A stretch of DNA of 64,000 nt from Bdellovibrionales bacterium. Its GTDB lineage: Bacteria; Bdellovibrionota; Bdellovibrionia; Bdellovibrionales; UBA1609. This document shows positions 45,156 to 56,558 of the stretch, one piece after another (the first letter of the stretch is position 1; each line of letters opens with the position of its first letter). The stretch spans positions 1,248,001 to 1,312,000 of the forward strand of contig OZ241329.1 of NCBI GenBank assembly GCA_965199825.1, in the 5' to 3' direction. The notes beneath the pieces were generated by a model. It had not been told where the DNA came from. It made no database searches and saw only the letters and a program-made list of their open reading frames with translations. A program made the translations under genes and the position numbers.

Positions 45156-47534
45156 TTATGCGGCTAGCGATTCGAGCGTGACAAGAGTGATTACCTGTTC
45201 GGCCACACGGTGAACTGGAAATCCTTGGGCAAAAAAGACCGGATCGGTAAAGGCGACCGAGGTCACAAGGTCTTCGATCTGTTGGACCACATACCCAACC
45301 AAGACGCCGGCGTTTCGAACAACAATCACATCAAGGGTTGAGGAACTCCAGGGAACCAAGGGGGACTTCATTGCTTGAGCCATATCGATCAATGGCAAAG
45401 AGCTATTATTATAAAGAATAAAGGCTTGATCCTTCCAATACTGAACGCGGGTGATATCGATTTTTTCGATCCTAAAAATCGCGTCTTGTGAAAGGGCGCA
45501 CAATGTTTTGTTTGATAAGGTAAACAACAAATAATGCGAGACGGGCATTGCAACTTTTTGGTCTGTGTCGATCAACGGCTTTTTATTGATCTGAAATTCT
45601 TGCGAGATTTTTTCGCAATCCAAAATCAATCCCACGCGCCTGTCGCCCAAAAAAGTGCAGCCTTTGTAGATATTGAGATTTTTAAACCAGCCTGAGACCG
45701 ATTTTACCACAATATCTTCGGCACCCAAAATATCGTCCACACAGATGCAGAACACACCTTTTTGGGTGCGGATACGGATCAGATAACCTTGGAGCTTTGA
45801 TCTCAGTGGTTTGTGAAAGATATCTTCAACCTGAATGATCGAGTCGATTTGGTCTTCGCAAACAAAAAAAGTTTTTCTGCTGATTTCGGTCAACGTCGCT
45901 TTTTCGACCGAGATAATGCGGTCCACATGCTCTTGGGGGATCGCATAGGTCTCTTCCCCAAATTTGACTAAAAGTGAGCTAATGATCTGCACCGATTTTG
46001 GAATGGGAAGTTTAATTGTGAACTCGGTCCCTTTGTTGACTTCGGATTGGATCGAGATCGAGCCGCCAGTTTCGATAATGGTTTTTTTGACCATATCTGT
46101 TCCGACTCCACGGCCAGAAACATCGGTGACAACTTCGGCGGTACTAAATCCGGGTTCAAAAATTAAAAGTTGAAGTTCACCATCGGTTTTTTTGGCGGCG
46201 TCGAGTTCGGTGAGCAATCCTTTTTCAATTGCTTTATTTTTTACTCGCTGGGCATCGATCCCGCGGCCATCATCTTTGACGAGCACGATGATTTCGGTTT
46301 CGAATTCCAAAAATTCAATTTTGATTTTTCCGGATTGGGCAATCCCATGGTCGGCGGAGTTTCGAACCAAATGAATCAAGCATTTATTGAGAGCTTCAAA
46401 TAATCTTTGATCAATGCGTAAATCGTCGCCAACAAATTCGAGCCGGATTTGTTTTTTTAAGTTTGTGCACAAATCTTTCACCACACGCTGAAGAGGGCGG
46501 GTCAACTGACGAACCGGAATTTTTTTGAGCTCTTCGATTTGATTCTGCATCGACTCAATCGAATTTTGAAGTTCACTCATCAATTCATTGAGCATTTGGA
46601 CATTGGGATCATTGGCGTAAGTATTTTCGATAACATTCAAAGTCTTATTGACCATGTTTCGAAGTACGGTGATCTCACCGTTTTTTTCCATAAAGCGGTT
46701 TAGGACCGAGAGTGAGATTTTCAAAGAATCTTCTTTTTTTTCTTTACGGTCATTGCTAACCAAAGTTGGTTTTACAAAAAGACTTAATAAATCCTCAAAG
46801 GATCCCAAAAATGGTTTTTGGGTTTTTAATAACTCCACCAAATTTTTGAGTTGATCCAGCCCACTTAGTAGCACCTGACTTGATTTTGAGTCGAGGATCA
46901 TCTCGCCTTTTTTGATCAACGACAAATAATCTTCGTAGCGATGCATAAAGCGGTGAATGGTGTCGGGCTTAAAAAATCCGCTGGCCCCTTTGATGGTGTG
47001 GGCACATGCAAAGACTCGATTGAGATTATCCGCATTTTGGGGTTCATCTTCGAGCTTAAAAATCAGATCTTCCATCTCTTCAATCAGCTGAGTCGCATCG
47101 GCAACAAAACCCTCACGCAATTCATCGTCTTCGAGGATCGCTGCGATTCGGTCCTTGCTGTGCACTTCAATACTTTGAGTGAGCTCTTCGTTTGAAAAGG
47201 GCTTAGGCAAAAATCCGGCAATCTTAAGATTGATCGCTTCAAGAGCGGTATCGCGCGAGATATTTCCAGAGATCAAAACAAACGGAATATCTTTGTATTC
47301 GCCGAGCATTTCGCGACGCAGATCAAACCCGGTACCCGAGGGCATCGTAAAATCAGAAATGACCAAAGCAATGCGTTGACCCTCAGACCGAATGATTTCG
47401 AGAGCGGCGGGCGGGGAGTCGGCAGTCAGAATTTCAAAACGAGTTTTAGATAATAGCTTTTTTAAAAGATCTAAGAGATCTGGTTCATCATCAACAAGTA
47501 AAAGTTTTAGAATTGGCCCGTTATTGCTCGTCAT
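45156..47534 (-). CDS. cheA: Hybrid CheA-like kinase: REC-Hpt-dimer-HATPase-CheW-CheW
   Basis: LLVDD..SDFTMP..KP; AHTIKG; HLVRNSADHG, DDGRG, GFST, SGRGVG; two CheW-like domains. Confidence 0.88.
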   Translation of the reverse strand: MTSNNGPILKLLLVDDEPDLLDLLKKLLSKTRFEILTADSPPAALEIIRSEGQRIALVISDFTMPSGTGFDLRREMLGEYKDIPFVLISGNISRDTALEAINLKIAGFLPKPFSNEELTQSIEVHSKDRIAAILEDDELREGFVADATQLIEEMEDLIFKLEDEPQNADNLNRVFACAHTIKGASGFFKPDTIHRFMHRYEDYLSLIKKGEMILDSKSSQVLLSGLDQLKNLVELLKTQKPFLGSFEDLLSLFVKPTLVSNDRKEKKEDSLKISLSVLNRFMEKNGEITVLRNMVNKTLNVIENTYANDPNVQMLNELMSELQNSIESMQNQIEELKKIPVRQLTRPLQRVVKDLCTNLKKQIRLEFVGDDLRIDQRLFEALNKCLIHLVRNSADHGIAQSGKIKIEFLEFETEIIVLVKDDGRGIDAQRVKNKAIEKGLLTELDAAKKTDGELQLLIFEPGFSTAEVVTDVSGRGVGTDMVKKTIIETGGSISIQSEVNKGTEFTIKLPIPKSVQIISSLLVKFGEETYAIPQEHVDRIISVEKATLTEISRKTFFVCEDQIDSIIQVEDIFHKPLRSKLQGYLIRIRTQKGVFCICVDDILGAEDIVVKSVSGWFKNLNIYKGCTFLGDRRVGLILDCEKISQEFQINKKPLIDTDQKVAMPVSHYLLFTLSNKTLCALSQDAIFRIEKIDITRVQYWKDQAFILYNNSSLPLIDMAQAMKSPLVPWSSSTLDVIVVRNAGVLVGYVVQQIEDLVTSVAFTDPVFFAQGFPVHRVAEQVITLVTLESLAA

Positions 47535-48459
47535 GTTGAGTGTGTCGATTTCTTATAGAACGGCGCTGGCCGAGGAGACTTGAGATCTCGTCAGATATTA
47601 CTTTTTTAATATCCTCTTTGCCTTGCGACTGAAGGAACTCGCTTAAGTCTGAAAATTGATACATCAACAAATTAATCGAACTATTTAGCATTTTACTTAA
47701 CTTAAATTTTTCAAGTGCGTTCAAGGCAACTTCAATTACCCGAATCAGATCAAATGGCTTTTCGATCACGCCGAAAACTCCAAGATGGATGGCCTTTAGT
47801 AGAGAATCTTTGTTTACATAGCCACTGATGAGCACCACCGGGATATCGGGATGGTGTTTGCGAACAATTTTAAGAAGATCAAGACCACTCACATTCGGCA
47901 TCGAAATATCAGAGAAGATCACATTGGGTTTATGTTTTTCGATATCGGCCAAAATATTTTCTGCAGATAAGACGCCGCAAACTTCGATATTTTCGGAATT
48001 TAAAATTTTAGCCAGGATTTTTACGATGTCTTCTTCATCGTCGACCACAAGAATGCGCCCTGCAGATTCTTTTTCGACCATCACAGGCGGGAGTGTGGCA
48101 GCTGGAGCAGCGGCGTCTGCAACCACAGTGTAGTCAAAGGTAATACTTTTACCTTCGATCAGTGAGCGACTGCCATCAAAACCGCGTAGAAAAAAATCGA
48201 CATAATTTTTTTCGAGATATTCTTTTGATTTTTGTTCGACAAAAATTGTTTCAAGTTGATGCATATGGGTTTGAAGCTCGGTCAAATCCATCATGCCTGC
48301 CGCACCTTTAATGCTATGAAGGGCGCGAAAAATTGAGTCGTACTGGTTTTGGAGTTGATCGCCTTTATCTAGTTTTAATAAACTCTTTTCGGCGCTATCT
48401 AATAGTTCTTCGGCTTCAACCTTGAACGCTTTTATTTCATCATCAGTAAACGACATCAT
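47521..48459 (-). CDS. Hpt-REC phosphorelay protein
   Basis: FRALHSIKGAAG, then ILVVDDE..SDISMP..EKP. Confidence 0.85.
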   Translation of the reverse strand: MMSFTDDEIKAFKVEAEELLDSAEKSLLKLDKGDQLQNQYDSIFRALHSIKGAAGMMDLTELQTHMHQLETIFVEQKSKEYLEKNYVDFFLRGFDGSRSLIEGKSITFDYTVVADAAAPAATLPPVMVEKESAGRILVVDDEEDIVKILAKILNSENIEVCGVLSAENILADIEKHKPNVIFSDISMPNVSGLDLLKIVRKHHPDIPVVLISGYVNKDSLLKAIHLGVFGVIEKPFDLIRVIEVALNALEKFKLSKMLNSSINLLMYQFSDLSEFLQSQGKEDIKKVISDEISSLLGQRRSIRNRHTQHDEQ

Positions 48460-48518
48460 ACACCCCGCAAATAGTTTATCGGAGTATAAACGCTGATTCA
48501 AAATGTTAACAAAAGAAT

Positions 48519-49202
48519 TTAATATTTAAACCGGTAACCCACGTGAGGAATACATTCTACAGCAGCAGCATGTGTGCCAAGTTTACGTCGTAAACCAAAA
48601 ATATGAGAGTCAACTGTGCGTTGTTGGATATGAACGTCTGGACCCCAAATATGTTCAACCAACTCTTGGCGAGAAAAAACCTGATTTTCATTTTGAGCCA
48701 ACAGCGCAAGAATTTTAAATTCTTTTGCGGTCAAAGGCAGTGCATTTGAATTGGAACCCTCTTGAATATTGGCTCGCAACAGCGCGAGATCAAGGGTAAG
48801 CGCGCCTTTCACCAGTTTGGTTGCCATTGTTTTTTGTTTTTGGTTTTTCTTGAGTCTCATTTCAACTCGCGCACGAAGCTCGGCGCCGGTAATTGGTTTG
48901 ATAAGATAATCTTCTGCACCAAGATGAAATGCGGTAATTTTCGCGTCGAGATTCATATTGCTGGTTAAAAAAAACACCGGGACTGTGTCGCCAAAGCGAT
49001 GATGAATTTGCTCGAGAATATATAAACCTTCGCCATCGGGAAGACTCGAATCGAGAATAATCAAATCAAACGGCGGCTCATCTTTTAAGGTGATCAAGGC
49101 TTCACGACAAGTTCCGACAATATGAACTTCGAAATTGTTTAACGCTCGTTTAACCAGAATTTGATACTCTTGAAGATCTTCGACTAATAAAATACGCGAC
49201 AT
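48519..49202 (-). CDS. OmpR-family response regulator
   Basis: ILLVED, LDSSLPDG, GAEDYLIKP, LTAKEF, RTVDSHI..LRRKL, GYRF. Confidence 0.92.
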   Translation of the reverse strand: MSRILLVEDLQEYQILVKRALNNFEVHIVGTCREALITLKDEPPFDLIILDSSLPDGEGLYILEQIHHRFGDTVPVFFLTSNMNLDAKITAFHLGAEDYLIKPITGAELRARVEMRLKKNQKQKTMATKLVKGALTLDLALLRANIQEGSNSNALPLTAKEFKILALLAQNENQVFSRQELVEHIWGPDVHIQQRTVDSHIFGLRRKLGTHAAAVECIPHVGYRFKY

Positions 49203-49325
49203 AGATCCATCCTACCACGCCTTACGTGATGTCTCATAAAGAGATTGAGATTTCTAAACCAAAACCCAACAGGAACACCATCGGATCTCACTCATCATAA
49301 ATTGATCAAGTACGATAAATTATTT

Positions 49326-51863
49326 ATGAATCATGATGAAAATATGGAAGCTGCGTTGTTTGAGTATCTCGCGGAATGTGATGAACTCAACCTTCGTATA
49401 GGTGAAAGCTTGCGTTCGTTTGAAAAAGGCCCACAGACCCCTGAGGCCATCGATTCGCTCTATCGCGATATCCATACTCTTAAAGGGTCATCCCAACTTT
49501 TTGGTTTTAAGCAGCTGGCAGAAATCACTCATAACATCGAAACTAGCCTAGACCCTATTCGCCGCAATCAGATTCAACTCCAAACTCCACAAATTGATTT
49601 GCTTCTCAAAGGTCTAGATTTGGTTGATCGAATTCTCCAAACCGTAAAGACCAATAAAAAAGAAAAAGATTTTTCGGTCGAGGTTGCTTATTTGATTCAA
49701 GAGATCTCGGCAACACAACCCTCAACGACTGTGGCACCCAAGGTTCAAATCGTGGCTGCACAACCCACGGCGCATGCTCCTGAGGGTGCAGATCCAAGCT
49801 CGAGCATTCGAGTGCCGGTCACATTGTTAGACAAACTGATGAATTTGATGGGCGAAATGGTTTTGGTCCGTAATCAGGTTTTGCAATATGCCAATCAAAG
49901 TGAGTCTTTGGATTTTTTAAATTTAAGCCAGAGATTAGATATCGTCACAAGCGAAATTCAAGGCGAAGTGATGAAAACACGAATGCAACCGATTGGAACG
50001 ATCCTTTCGAAATTTAACCGGGTGACTCGCGATCTTGCCAAGGAACTCAATAAAAAAATTGATCTCAAACTTGTAGGTGTAGAAACAGAGCTCGATAAAA
50101 CATTGCTCGAGGCTGTTAAAGATCCTGTGATGCATATTGTTCGTAACTCTTGTGATCACGGTTTAGAAACTCCTCAAGAGCGCCTTGCGGCTCACAAGCC
50201 AGAAACCGGAACCGTTACTGTTCGCTCGTTTCATGAAGGTGGGCAAGTGATCATCGAAATCAGCGATGATGGCCGTGGACTAAACAAAGATAAGTTAATT
50301 GCTAAAGCCATCGAAAAAGGACTTTTAACAGCAGAAAAAGCGAGCACTCTTCCGGAGCGTGATGCTTTTGCTTTAATTTTTGCTCCAGGATTTTCTACCG
50401 CTACTACCGTTACGAATGTTTCTGGTCGTGGTGTGGGTATGGATGTGGTCAAAAATAATATTGAAGGCATTGGTGGCCTTGTAGAAATTCAAAGTCAATT
50501 GGGTAAGGGCACAGTCACACGACTTAAAATTCCTCTAACGCTTGCAATTGTTCCAGCAATGATTGTGCGTATTGGTGCTGAGCGCTTTGCCATTCCTCAA
50601 GTGAAATTGGTCCAATTGGTACGAGTTGAAAATTCGAATAATTCAATTGAAATGCTACAAGGTAAACCCGTATTTCGCTTACGCGGAAATATTCTTCCTT
50701 TGATCACGCTGCGCGAAGTTCTTAAAATGAAAGAGCCAGAAACTCCAAGCGAAGTCACAAATATTGTGGTGGTCAACGCCGAAGGCACACTCGTGGGCCT
50801 GATTGTCGACGAGGTTCAAGACACCGCAGAAGTTGTGGTAAAGCCCCTAAGCCATTTTTTAAAAAATCTCTTTTTGTATTCGGGCGCAACCGTTTTGGGT
50901 GATGGATCGGTGGCTCTAATTTTAGATATTGTTGGGATTGCACAAAAAAATAATCTCAGCCGTGAAAATCAATCCAATAGACGCAATGAAGAAGAAGAAG
51001 CCGCACGCCTCGTGGACGAACAAGAATTTTTATTGTTTAAACTGAATTCTCCCACACGCCATGCGATTCCGCTCAATCTCGTTCATCGACTCGAAGAATT
51101 TAAATCATCTGACGTGGAATACTCGGGAGAGCAGCGGTTTGTGCGCTATCGAGATTCGGCTTTGCCAATATTATCGTTGAATAAGATCTTGGGCTTTCCT
51201 GAAAAAGAATCCACCGGATCTTTGTCGGTGATCGTTACCCAACGCTCCTCACGGCTTTTTGGGATTGAGGTCGAGGAGATCTTTGACGTCCTGAACACCA
51301 GCGCGCCAATGGACGATGGATTTTCGGATCGTCGTGGAATTTTTGGTAACCTCGTGACCGATAACGAATTGATCGTGGTGGTCGACACATTAAGAATCCT
51401 TGATGATGTTAATAACGCGCTCTCCAATTCCGATCCGAATAAGGTGGAAGAAAAAACTCAACATCACGGTCAGGGTCGACGCATTTTATTTGTCGAAGAC
51501 ACCGCATTTTTTAGACGACATGTTTCGGCCGTATTAGAACGAGCCGGATATTCCTTAAAGACCTGTGAAAACGGACTTGAAGCCCTTAATTTATTAGAAA
51601 AAACTCCAGCCAATCAGTTTGATCTGATTTTATCAGATATCGAAATGCCCAAGATGAACGGAATGCAACTCGCAACTGCTGTTCGACAGCTTGATGCTTG
51701 GAAGAACGTTCCGATGATTGCGCTCACCACAAAATTCAATCCTGTATTTGTGGACGAAGGTAAAAAGGCTGGATTCAATAGTTATCTTGAAAAGTTGAAA
51801 CCAGAAATTTTACTGGCCGAACTTGAACTTTATCTCAGCCACGTTGAACGGAGAAGCGCTTGA
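49326..51863 (+). CDS. cheA: Hybrid CheA: Hpt-dimer-HATPase-CheW-CheW-REC
   Basis: IHTLKG, IRVPV..LD.LMN, HIVRNSCDHG, SGRGVGMDVV, two CheW domains, C-terminal SDIEMP REC. Confidence 0.93.
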   Translation: MNHDENMEAALFEYLAECDELNLRIGESLRSFEKGPQTPEAIDSLYRDIHTLKGSSQLFGFKQLAEITHNIETSLDPIRRNQIQLQTPQIDLLLKGLDLVDRILQTVKTNKKEKDFSVEVAYLIQEISATQPSTTVAPKVQIVAAQPTAHAPEGADPSSSIRVPVTLLDKLMNLMGEMVLVRNQVLQYANQSESLDFLNLSQRLDIVTSEIQGEVMKTRMQPIGTILSKFNRVTRDLAKELNKKIDLKLVGVETELDKTLLEAVKDPVMHIVRNSCDHGLETPQERLAAHKPETGTVTVRSFHEGGQVIIEISDDGRGLNKDKLIAKAIEKGLLTAEKASTLPERDAFALIFAPGFSTATTVTNVSGRGVGMDVVKNNIEGIGGLVEIQSQLGKGTVTRLKIPLTLAIVPAMIVRIGAERFAIPQVKLVQLVRVENSNNSIEMLQGKPVFRLRGNILPLITLREVLKMKEPETPSEVTNIVVVNAEGTLVGLIVDEVQDTAEVVVKPLSHFLKNLFLYSGATVLGDGSVALILDIVGIAQKNNLSRENQSNRRNEEEEAARLVDEQEFLLFKLNSPTRHAIPLNLVHRLEEFKSSDVEYSGEQRFVRYRDSALPILSLNKILGFPEKESTGSLSVIVTQRSSRLFGIEVEEIFDVLNTSAPMDDGFSDRRGIFGNLVTDNELIVVVDTLRILDDVNNALSNSDPNKVEEKTQHHGQGRRILFVEDTAFFRRHVSAVLERAGYSLKTCENGLEALNLLEKTPANQFDLILSDIEMPKMNGMQLATAVRQLDAWKNVPMIALTTKFNPVFVDEGKKAGFNSYLEKLKPEILLAELELYLSHVERRSA

Positions 51864-52285
51864 TCAAGCAATTTTCGACATTCTATATTTCTGATCGTAT
51901 TTACGCGATTGATGTGACCGAGGTGCAAGAAATTGCAAAACCTCTTCCGATCACACCAATCCATCTGGCGCCAAATTTTGTTTTGGGTTTGATTAATCTA
52001 CGTGGTCAGATTGCAACCGCGATCGGACTCAAAGAACTTTTCGAACTGCCTGAAGACACTCATCTGGATAAGATGTCGGTGGTCTGTAAATGCGAGGGAG
52101 CCTTACTCTCGCTCTTGGTTGATCAAATTGGCGATGTGGTCGAAGTGTCGGACGACGACTTTGAACAGACTCCCGCAACTATTGATGAAACCACCAAAAG
52201 ATTTTTAAAAGGCGTTTATAAAACTCCGACCGCAATTTTATCAGTCATTGAAATTAACAAAATAAATAACTTCCTATCAAAGTGA
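51860..52285 (+). CDS. cheW: CheW
   Basis: [22 protein letters not shown]. Confidence 0.92.
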   Translation: MIKQFSTFYISDRIYAIDVTEVQEIAKPLPITPIHLAPNFVLGLINLRGQIATAIGLKELFELPEDTHLDKMSVVCKCEGALLSLLVDQIGDVVEVSDDDFEQTPATIDETTKRFLKGVYKTPTAILSVIEINKINNFLSK

Positions 52286-52292
52286 GGCCACT

Positions 52293-54269
52293 ATGAAAGA
52301 CAAAAAAACAAGCGACATCGAGCTTATCGACTCCCCTGAAGACCAAAATCCTCGCGAACTGGAAGCGATTTCGGAAGCATTGAATCGTTCACAAGCAGTG
52401 ATTGAGTTTACTCCTACTGGTGAGATTATCACTTGTAACGAGAACTTCTTAAGCACAGTGGGCTATTCATTAAACGAAGTTAAAGGAATGCATCATTCGA
52501 TGTTTTGTACTCCTGACTACGTTAAAACAGCTGAGTACCCCATGTTTTGGAAAAAACTGGCTCGCGGCGAATTTCAATCTGGCGAATTTTTACGTTCGGC
52601 AAAAGGTGGCCGCGAAATTTGGCTGCAAGCAACTTACAATCCTATTCTCGATAAAAATGGCAAAGCAACCAAGGTCATTAAATTTGCGTCTGATATCACA
52701 GAGCAAAAAAATCACGCCGCTGATTCCGATGGAAAATTAAAAGCGATCGACAAGTCACAAGCTGTGATCGAATTTAACACCGACGGTGTGGTATTGACCG
52801 CCAATGAAAATTTCTTAAAAACTTTGGGATATGAACTTCGTGAAATCCAAGGCAAACATCACCGCATGTTTTGCGAACCAAAGTATGTCGATTCAACCGC
52901 ATATCGTCAGTTTTGGGATAAATTAGGTCGTGGCGAGTTTGAATCTGGAGAATACAAACGCGTTGGACGTGGCGGAAAAGAAGTTTGGATTCAAGCTTCG
53001 TACAATCCTATTTTTGATGCCACCGGACGAGTTGCAAAGGTTGTTAAATTTGCTTCTGACATCACAGAAGAAAAAAACAAAAACGCAATTTTCGAAGGCA
53101 AGGTCAATGCGATTGGTAAAGCTCAGGCAATTATTGAATTCCAACTTGATGGAACAATCATCACCGCCAACGAGAATTTCTTAAAAACTTTAGGTTATGA
53201 CCTCCGAGAAATTCAAGGCAAACATCACCGTATTTTTGTTGAACCTTCCTACTTAAATTCAGCCGACTATCGCAACTTTTGGGAACGCCTTGGTCGCGGT
53301 GATATGGATGCGGGACAGTACAAACGGATTTCAAAAAATGGTTCTGAAGTTTGGATTCAGGCTTCGTACAACCCTATTTTTGATTCTGAGGGCCGTGTGA
53401 TTCGTATCGTTAAGTTCGCCACCGACATCACTTCTGAAAAGAAAAAACTTGTTGAATTCGAAGGTCATGTTTCTTTACTTGAAGAAACGGCTAATGATCT
53501 TGCTGCAGCATCTTCACAGTTAACTGCAACAGCGTCACAAATGAGTTCTACTGCAAAGCGCACGAACGAAGAATCTATGGCTGCTACCAAATCTTCTGAA
53601 GATGTGGCGGGCGGATTTGAAACCGTTGCGACAAACACCGAAGAGATGGTTGCTTCGATCAAAGAAATTTCGCGCTCAGCCAATGAGTCTGCAGAAATGG
53701 CAAAACTCACTTCGCGTAAAGCCCAAGAAACCAACTCAACGGTCACTCAGCTTGGAGCAAGCAGCCAAGAAATTGGCGAAGTGATCAAAGTGATTAGCTC
53801 GATTGCTCAGCAAACAAATTTACTAGCACTGAATGCGACGATCGAAGCCGCTCGTGCGGGTGATGCTGGAAAAGGTTTTGCGGTTGTTGCTAATGAAGTC
53901 AAAGAACTTGCAAAGCAAACTGCAAAAGCCACCCAAGATATCACCAACAAAATTGGCGCTATCCAAAAGGATTCACAACGTGCGGTTGATGCGATTGGTG
54001 GAATCAATCAAGCGGTTGACCGTTTGAATGGAATCTCTGGAACTATTGCTGCAGCTGTTGAAGAACAAACTGCAACCACAAACGAAGTTTCACGAGTGGT
54101 TCAGCAAGCAAGTCGAAGTGTTCAAGGTATTTCTGGCAACATTCGATTGGTTTCGGTTGCGGCTGAAGAGGGTACCGCTTCGGCGAATCAAACTCTTGAA
54201 GCTTCACATAGTTTAACCGCTTTGGCGCAGAAATTAAAAGAAGTCGTCAAAAAGGTGAAGGCTGCTTAA
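52293..54269 (+). CDS. Cytoplasmic chemoreceptor with three PAS/PAC domains (BdlA-like)
   Basis: Three 122-aa PAS repeats (366-bp period), [20 protein letters not shown], no TM segment. Confidence 0.93.
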   Translation: MKDKKTSDIELIDSPEDQNPRELEAISEALNRSQAVIEFTPTGEIITCNENFLSTVGYSLNEVKGMHHSMFCTPDYVKTAEYPMFWKKLARGEFQSGEFLRSAKGGREIWLQATYNPILDKNGKATKVIKFASDITEQKNHAADSDGKLKAIDKSQAVIEFNTDGVVLTANENFLKTLGYELREIQGKHHRMFCEPKYVDSTAYRQFWDKLGRGEFESGEYKRVGRGGKEVWIQASYNPIFDATGRVAKVVKFASDITEEKNKNAIFEGKVNAIGKAQAIIEFQLDGTIITANENFLKTLGYDLREIQGKHHRIFVEPSYLNSADYRNFWERLGRGDMDAGQYKRISKNGSEVWIQASYNPIFDSEGRVIRIVKFATDITSEKKKLVEFEGHVSLLEETANDLAAASSQLTATASQMSSTAKRTNEESMAATKSSEDVAGGFETVATNTEEMVASIKEISRSANESAEMAKLTSRKAQETNSTVTQLGASSQEIGEVIKVISSIAQQTNLLALNATIEAARAGDAGKGFAVVANEVKELAKQTAKATQDITNKIGAIQKDSQRAVDAIGGINQAVDRLNGISGTIAAAVEEQTATTNEVSRVVQQASRSVQGISGNIRLVSVAAEEGTASANQTLEASHSLTALAQKLKEVVKKVKAA

Positions 54270-55352
54270 TTGAGCTCTGAAAAAGTTAAAGTTTTTATTG
54301 TCGATGACTCAACGCTGTTTCGATCACAAATTCGAGCAGCGCTTGAGAGTGTCAATGACGTAGAAGTGGTCGGTTTTGCTCCTAATGGGCAATTGGCCAT
54401 TGATGCGTTAAAGCACAAGCAAGCCGACGTGGTTACACTCGATCTTGAAATGCCCGTATTGAACGGCATCGAAACTTTGATCGAACTTAAGAAAATGAAT
54501 TTCGCAGGACGAGTTTTGGTCTTTTCGTCACACTCAAAACGTGGGGCTGATCTGACTCTTAAAGCACTCGAAGCGGGTGCGAGCGATTTTTTACTTAAGC
54601 CCCAACTTCAAGACACTCCGGATCTGACTCCGATGGAAGCAATCAAAAAAGTTCTCGAACCAAAGATTGCCCAATTTCGATTTGTGAAACCTCAAGTCGT
54701 TGAAGTCAGGCCTCAACCAAAAAAGATTTATCCAATTTTAAATTTGAATTCATTTAATCCTCAAATGGTTGTGATTGCATCATCAACTGGCGGGCCCACC
54801 GCACTTGAAAAATTATTTTCGTTAATCACCGGCCCCTTGTCTTGCCCAATATTGATTGTGCAACATATGCCTCCTGTGTTTACCCAAGCCCTTGCCGAAA
54901 GATTGCAGCGCATCTCTGGCTTAGATGTCAAAGAGGCCACCAATCTGATGCCCATAAAAAAGGGAAGTGTGTATATTGCGCCGGGCGATTTTCATATGTC
55001 GGTTGCGATGATCAACGGAGCTCCAACTCTGATCACAGATCAGCGTCCGATGAGAAACTCGGTAAGACCTGCCGCAGATTTTCTTTTTGAATCGGCAACA
55101 GCGGTTTACAAAAATGCAACTCTTGGATTGGTTTTAACCGGAATGGGTGCAGACGGTAAAGACGGAGCACTCGCAATCAAAAACGATGGCGGCGGAATTT
55201 TTATTCAAGATCAAAAATCCTGTGTGGTGTTTGGAATGCCAGGTGCGGTGCATGCCGATGGCGCTTACGATTATATGTCGGACATTGATGGGCTAGCAAA
55301 AAAATTAAGTGATCTCTCGATTTGTGGAATCAAAAAGGAAATTATAAAATGA
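54270..55352 (+). CDS. cheB: Chemotaxis methylesterase (REC + CheB)
   Basis: LDLEMP, SSTGGP, QHMP, LTGMG.DG, VFGMP. Confidence 0.95.
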   Translation: MSSEKVKVFIVDDSTLFRSQIRAALESVNDVEVVGFAPNGQLAIDALKHKQADVVTLDLEMPVLNGIETLIELKKMNFAGRVLVFSSHSKRGADLTLKALEAGASDFLLKPQLQDTPDLTPMEAIKKVLEPKIAQFRFVKPQVVEVRPQPKKIYPILNLNSFNPQMVVIASSTGGPTALEKLFSLITGPLSCPILIVQHMPPVFTQALAERLQRISGLDVKEATNLMPIKKGSVYIAPGDFHMSVAMINGAPTLITDQRPMRNSVRPAADFLFESATAVYKNATLGLVLTGMGADGKDGALAIKNDGGGIFIQDQKSCVVFGMPGAVHADGAYDYMSDIDGLAKKLSDLSICGIKKEIIK

Positions 55353-55726
55353 AAAAGATTTTGATTATTGATGACTCAAAAGCTGTGCATGCATTTGTTA
55401 AAGACTGCTTAAAAAGTTGTAACTATCAAATTCGTGACGTGTTCAATGGTCGAGAGGCTCTTGATCTGATCAACACCGGCGAAGCTTTTGATTTAATTTT
55501 ACTCGATTGGGAAATGCCAATCTTGGACGGTCCCTCAACCATGGACCGCATGCCCAAATCACAAAAAGCACCCGTCTTAATGATGACAACAAAAAACAAA
55601 CCCGAAGAGATCTCGATGATGCTCGAAAAGGGTGTGAGCGAATATATCTTAAAACCGTTTACCGCCGATATCATTGTCGAAAAAATTCAAAACGCCATGA
55701 GCGAAGGTATGAAACATGCAGCTTGA
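55349..55726 (+). CDS. Single-domain response regulator, CheY-like
   Basis: IIDDS, LDWEMP, KPF; ATGA overlap with cheB. Confidence 0.88.
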   Translation: MKKILIIDDSKAVHAFVKDCLKSCNYQIRDVFNGREALDLINTGEAFDLILLDWEMPILDGPSTMDRMPKSQKAPVLMMTTKNKPEEISMMLEKGVSEYILKPFTADIIVEKIQNAMSEGMKHAA

Positions 55727-56549
55727 AGCCATCACTTATTTTGCAAGCCTGATCGAAAAAGAATTGGGAATCGTTTATTCGGAATCCAATTATTTTCAGC
55801 TCCAAAACCGTCTAGAAGAAATTGCCAAAATGCGTGGCTTTCGCGATATTCAAGAGCTGCTCCAAGAGGCAAAACTTGGGATGTCGAGTGTGCTCAAGCA
55901 ACTCGTTTTGGATGTAGCCACCAATAACGAAACTTCGTTTTTTCGTGATGCCAAATTGTTTCAAGGTATCAAACAGGTTTTGATTCCAAAACTGATCGAG
56001 GAATCAAAGGGAACCATTCGGATTTGGTCTGCGGCTTGTAGCTCGGGCCAAGAGGCATACTCGGTCGCAATGTTGATTCAAGAGCAACTTGAGCAATCTC
56101 AAAAGCAAGTGGATTTTAAAATTATCGCCACCGATATTTCCTCGCGTATTTTGCAAAAGGCCCAAGAGGCCCGCTACTCGCAGCTTGAAGTTCAACGCGG
56201 ACTTCCAGCAAATTTGATGATTAAGTATTTTCAAAAAGATGAGCAAGACTATTGGTCGCTCAAACCCCAAATCCGCAATAAAGTTGAATTTCATAAATTA
56301 AATCTGCTCGATCCTTTTGATCGTATGGACAATTTTGATGTGATTTTGTGTCGCAATGTTTTGATCTATCAAGATGTTGAAAACAAAAAGAAGTGCATCC
56401 AAAAAATCACCGCAAAATTAACCCAAAAATCTGTTCTGATTCTTGGCGCGGGTGAAAGCATGATTGGTCTTAATGATAATTTTGATTCAGTTAAAATCGC
56501 TGATGCGATTGTTTACCAATTGAAGCCATCCATTTCAAAAGTGGCTTAG
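55716..56549 (+). CDS. cheR: Chemotaxis methyltransferase
   Basis: NETSFFRD, IWSAACSSGQE.YS, ATDIS, CRNVLIY. Confidence 0.95.
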   Translation: MQLEAITYFASLIEKELGIVYSESNYFQLQNRLEEIAKMRGFRDIQELLQEAKLGMSSVLKQLVLDVATNNETSFFRDAKLFQGIKQVLIPKLIEESKGTIRIWSAACSSGQEAYSVAMLIQEQLEQSQKQVDFKIIATDISSRILQKAQEARYSQLEVQRGLPANLMIKYFQKDEQDYWSLKPQIRNKVEFHKLNLLDPFDRMDNFDVILCRNVLIYQDVENKKKCIQKITAKLTQKSVLILGAGESMIGLNDNFDSVKIADAIVYQLKPSISKVA

Positions 56550-56558
56550 AGGTTTTTT

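Noticed and set aside
52389..53440. 366-bp triple repeat as a novel repeat element
   Set aside because: Fully explained by tandem PAS domains of a known soluble receptor type.
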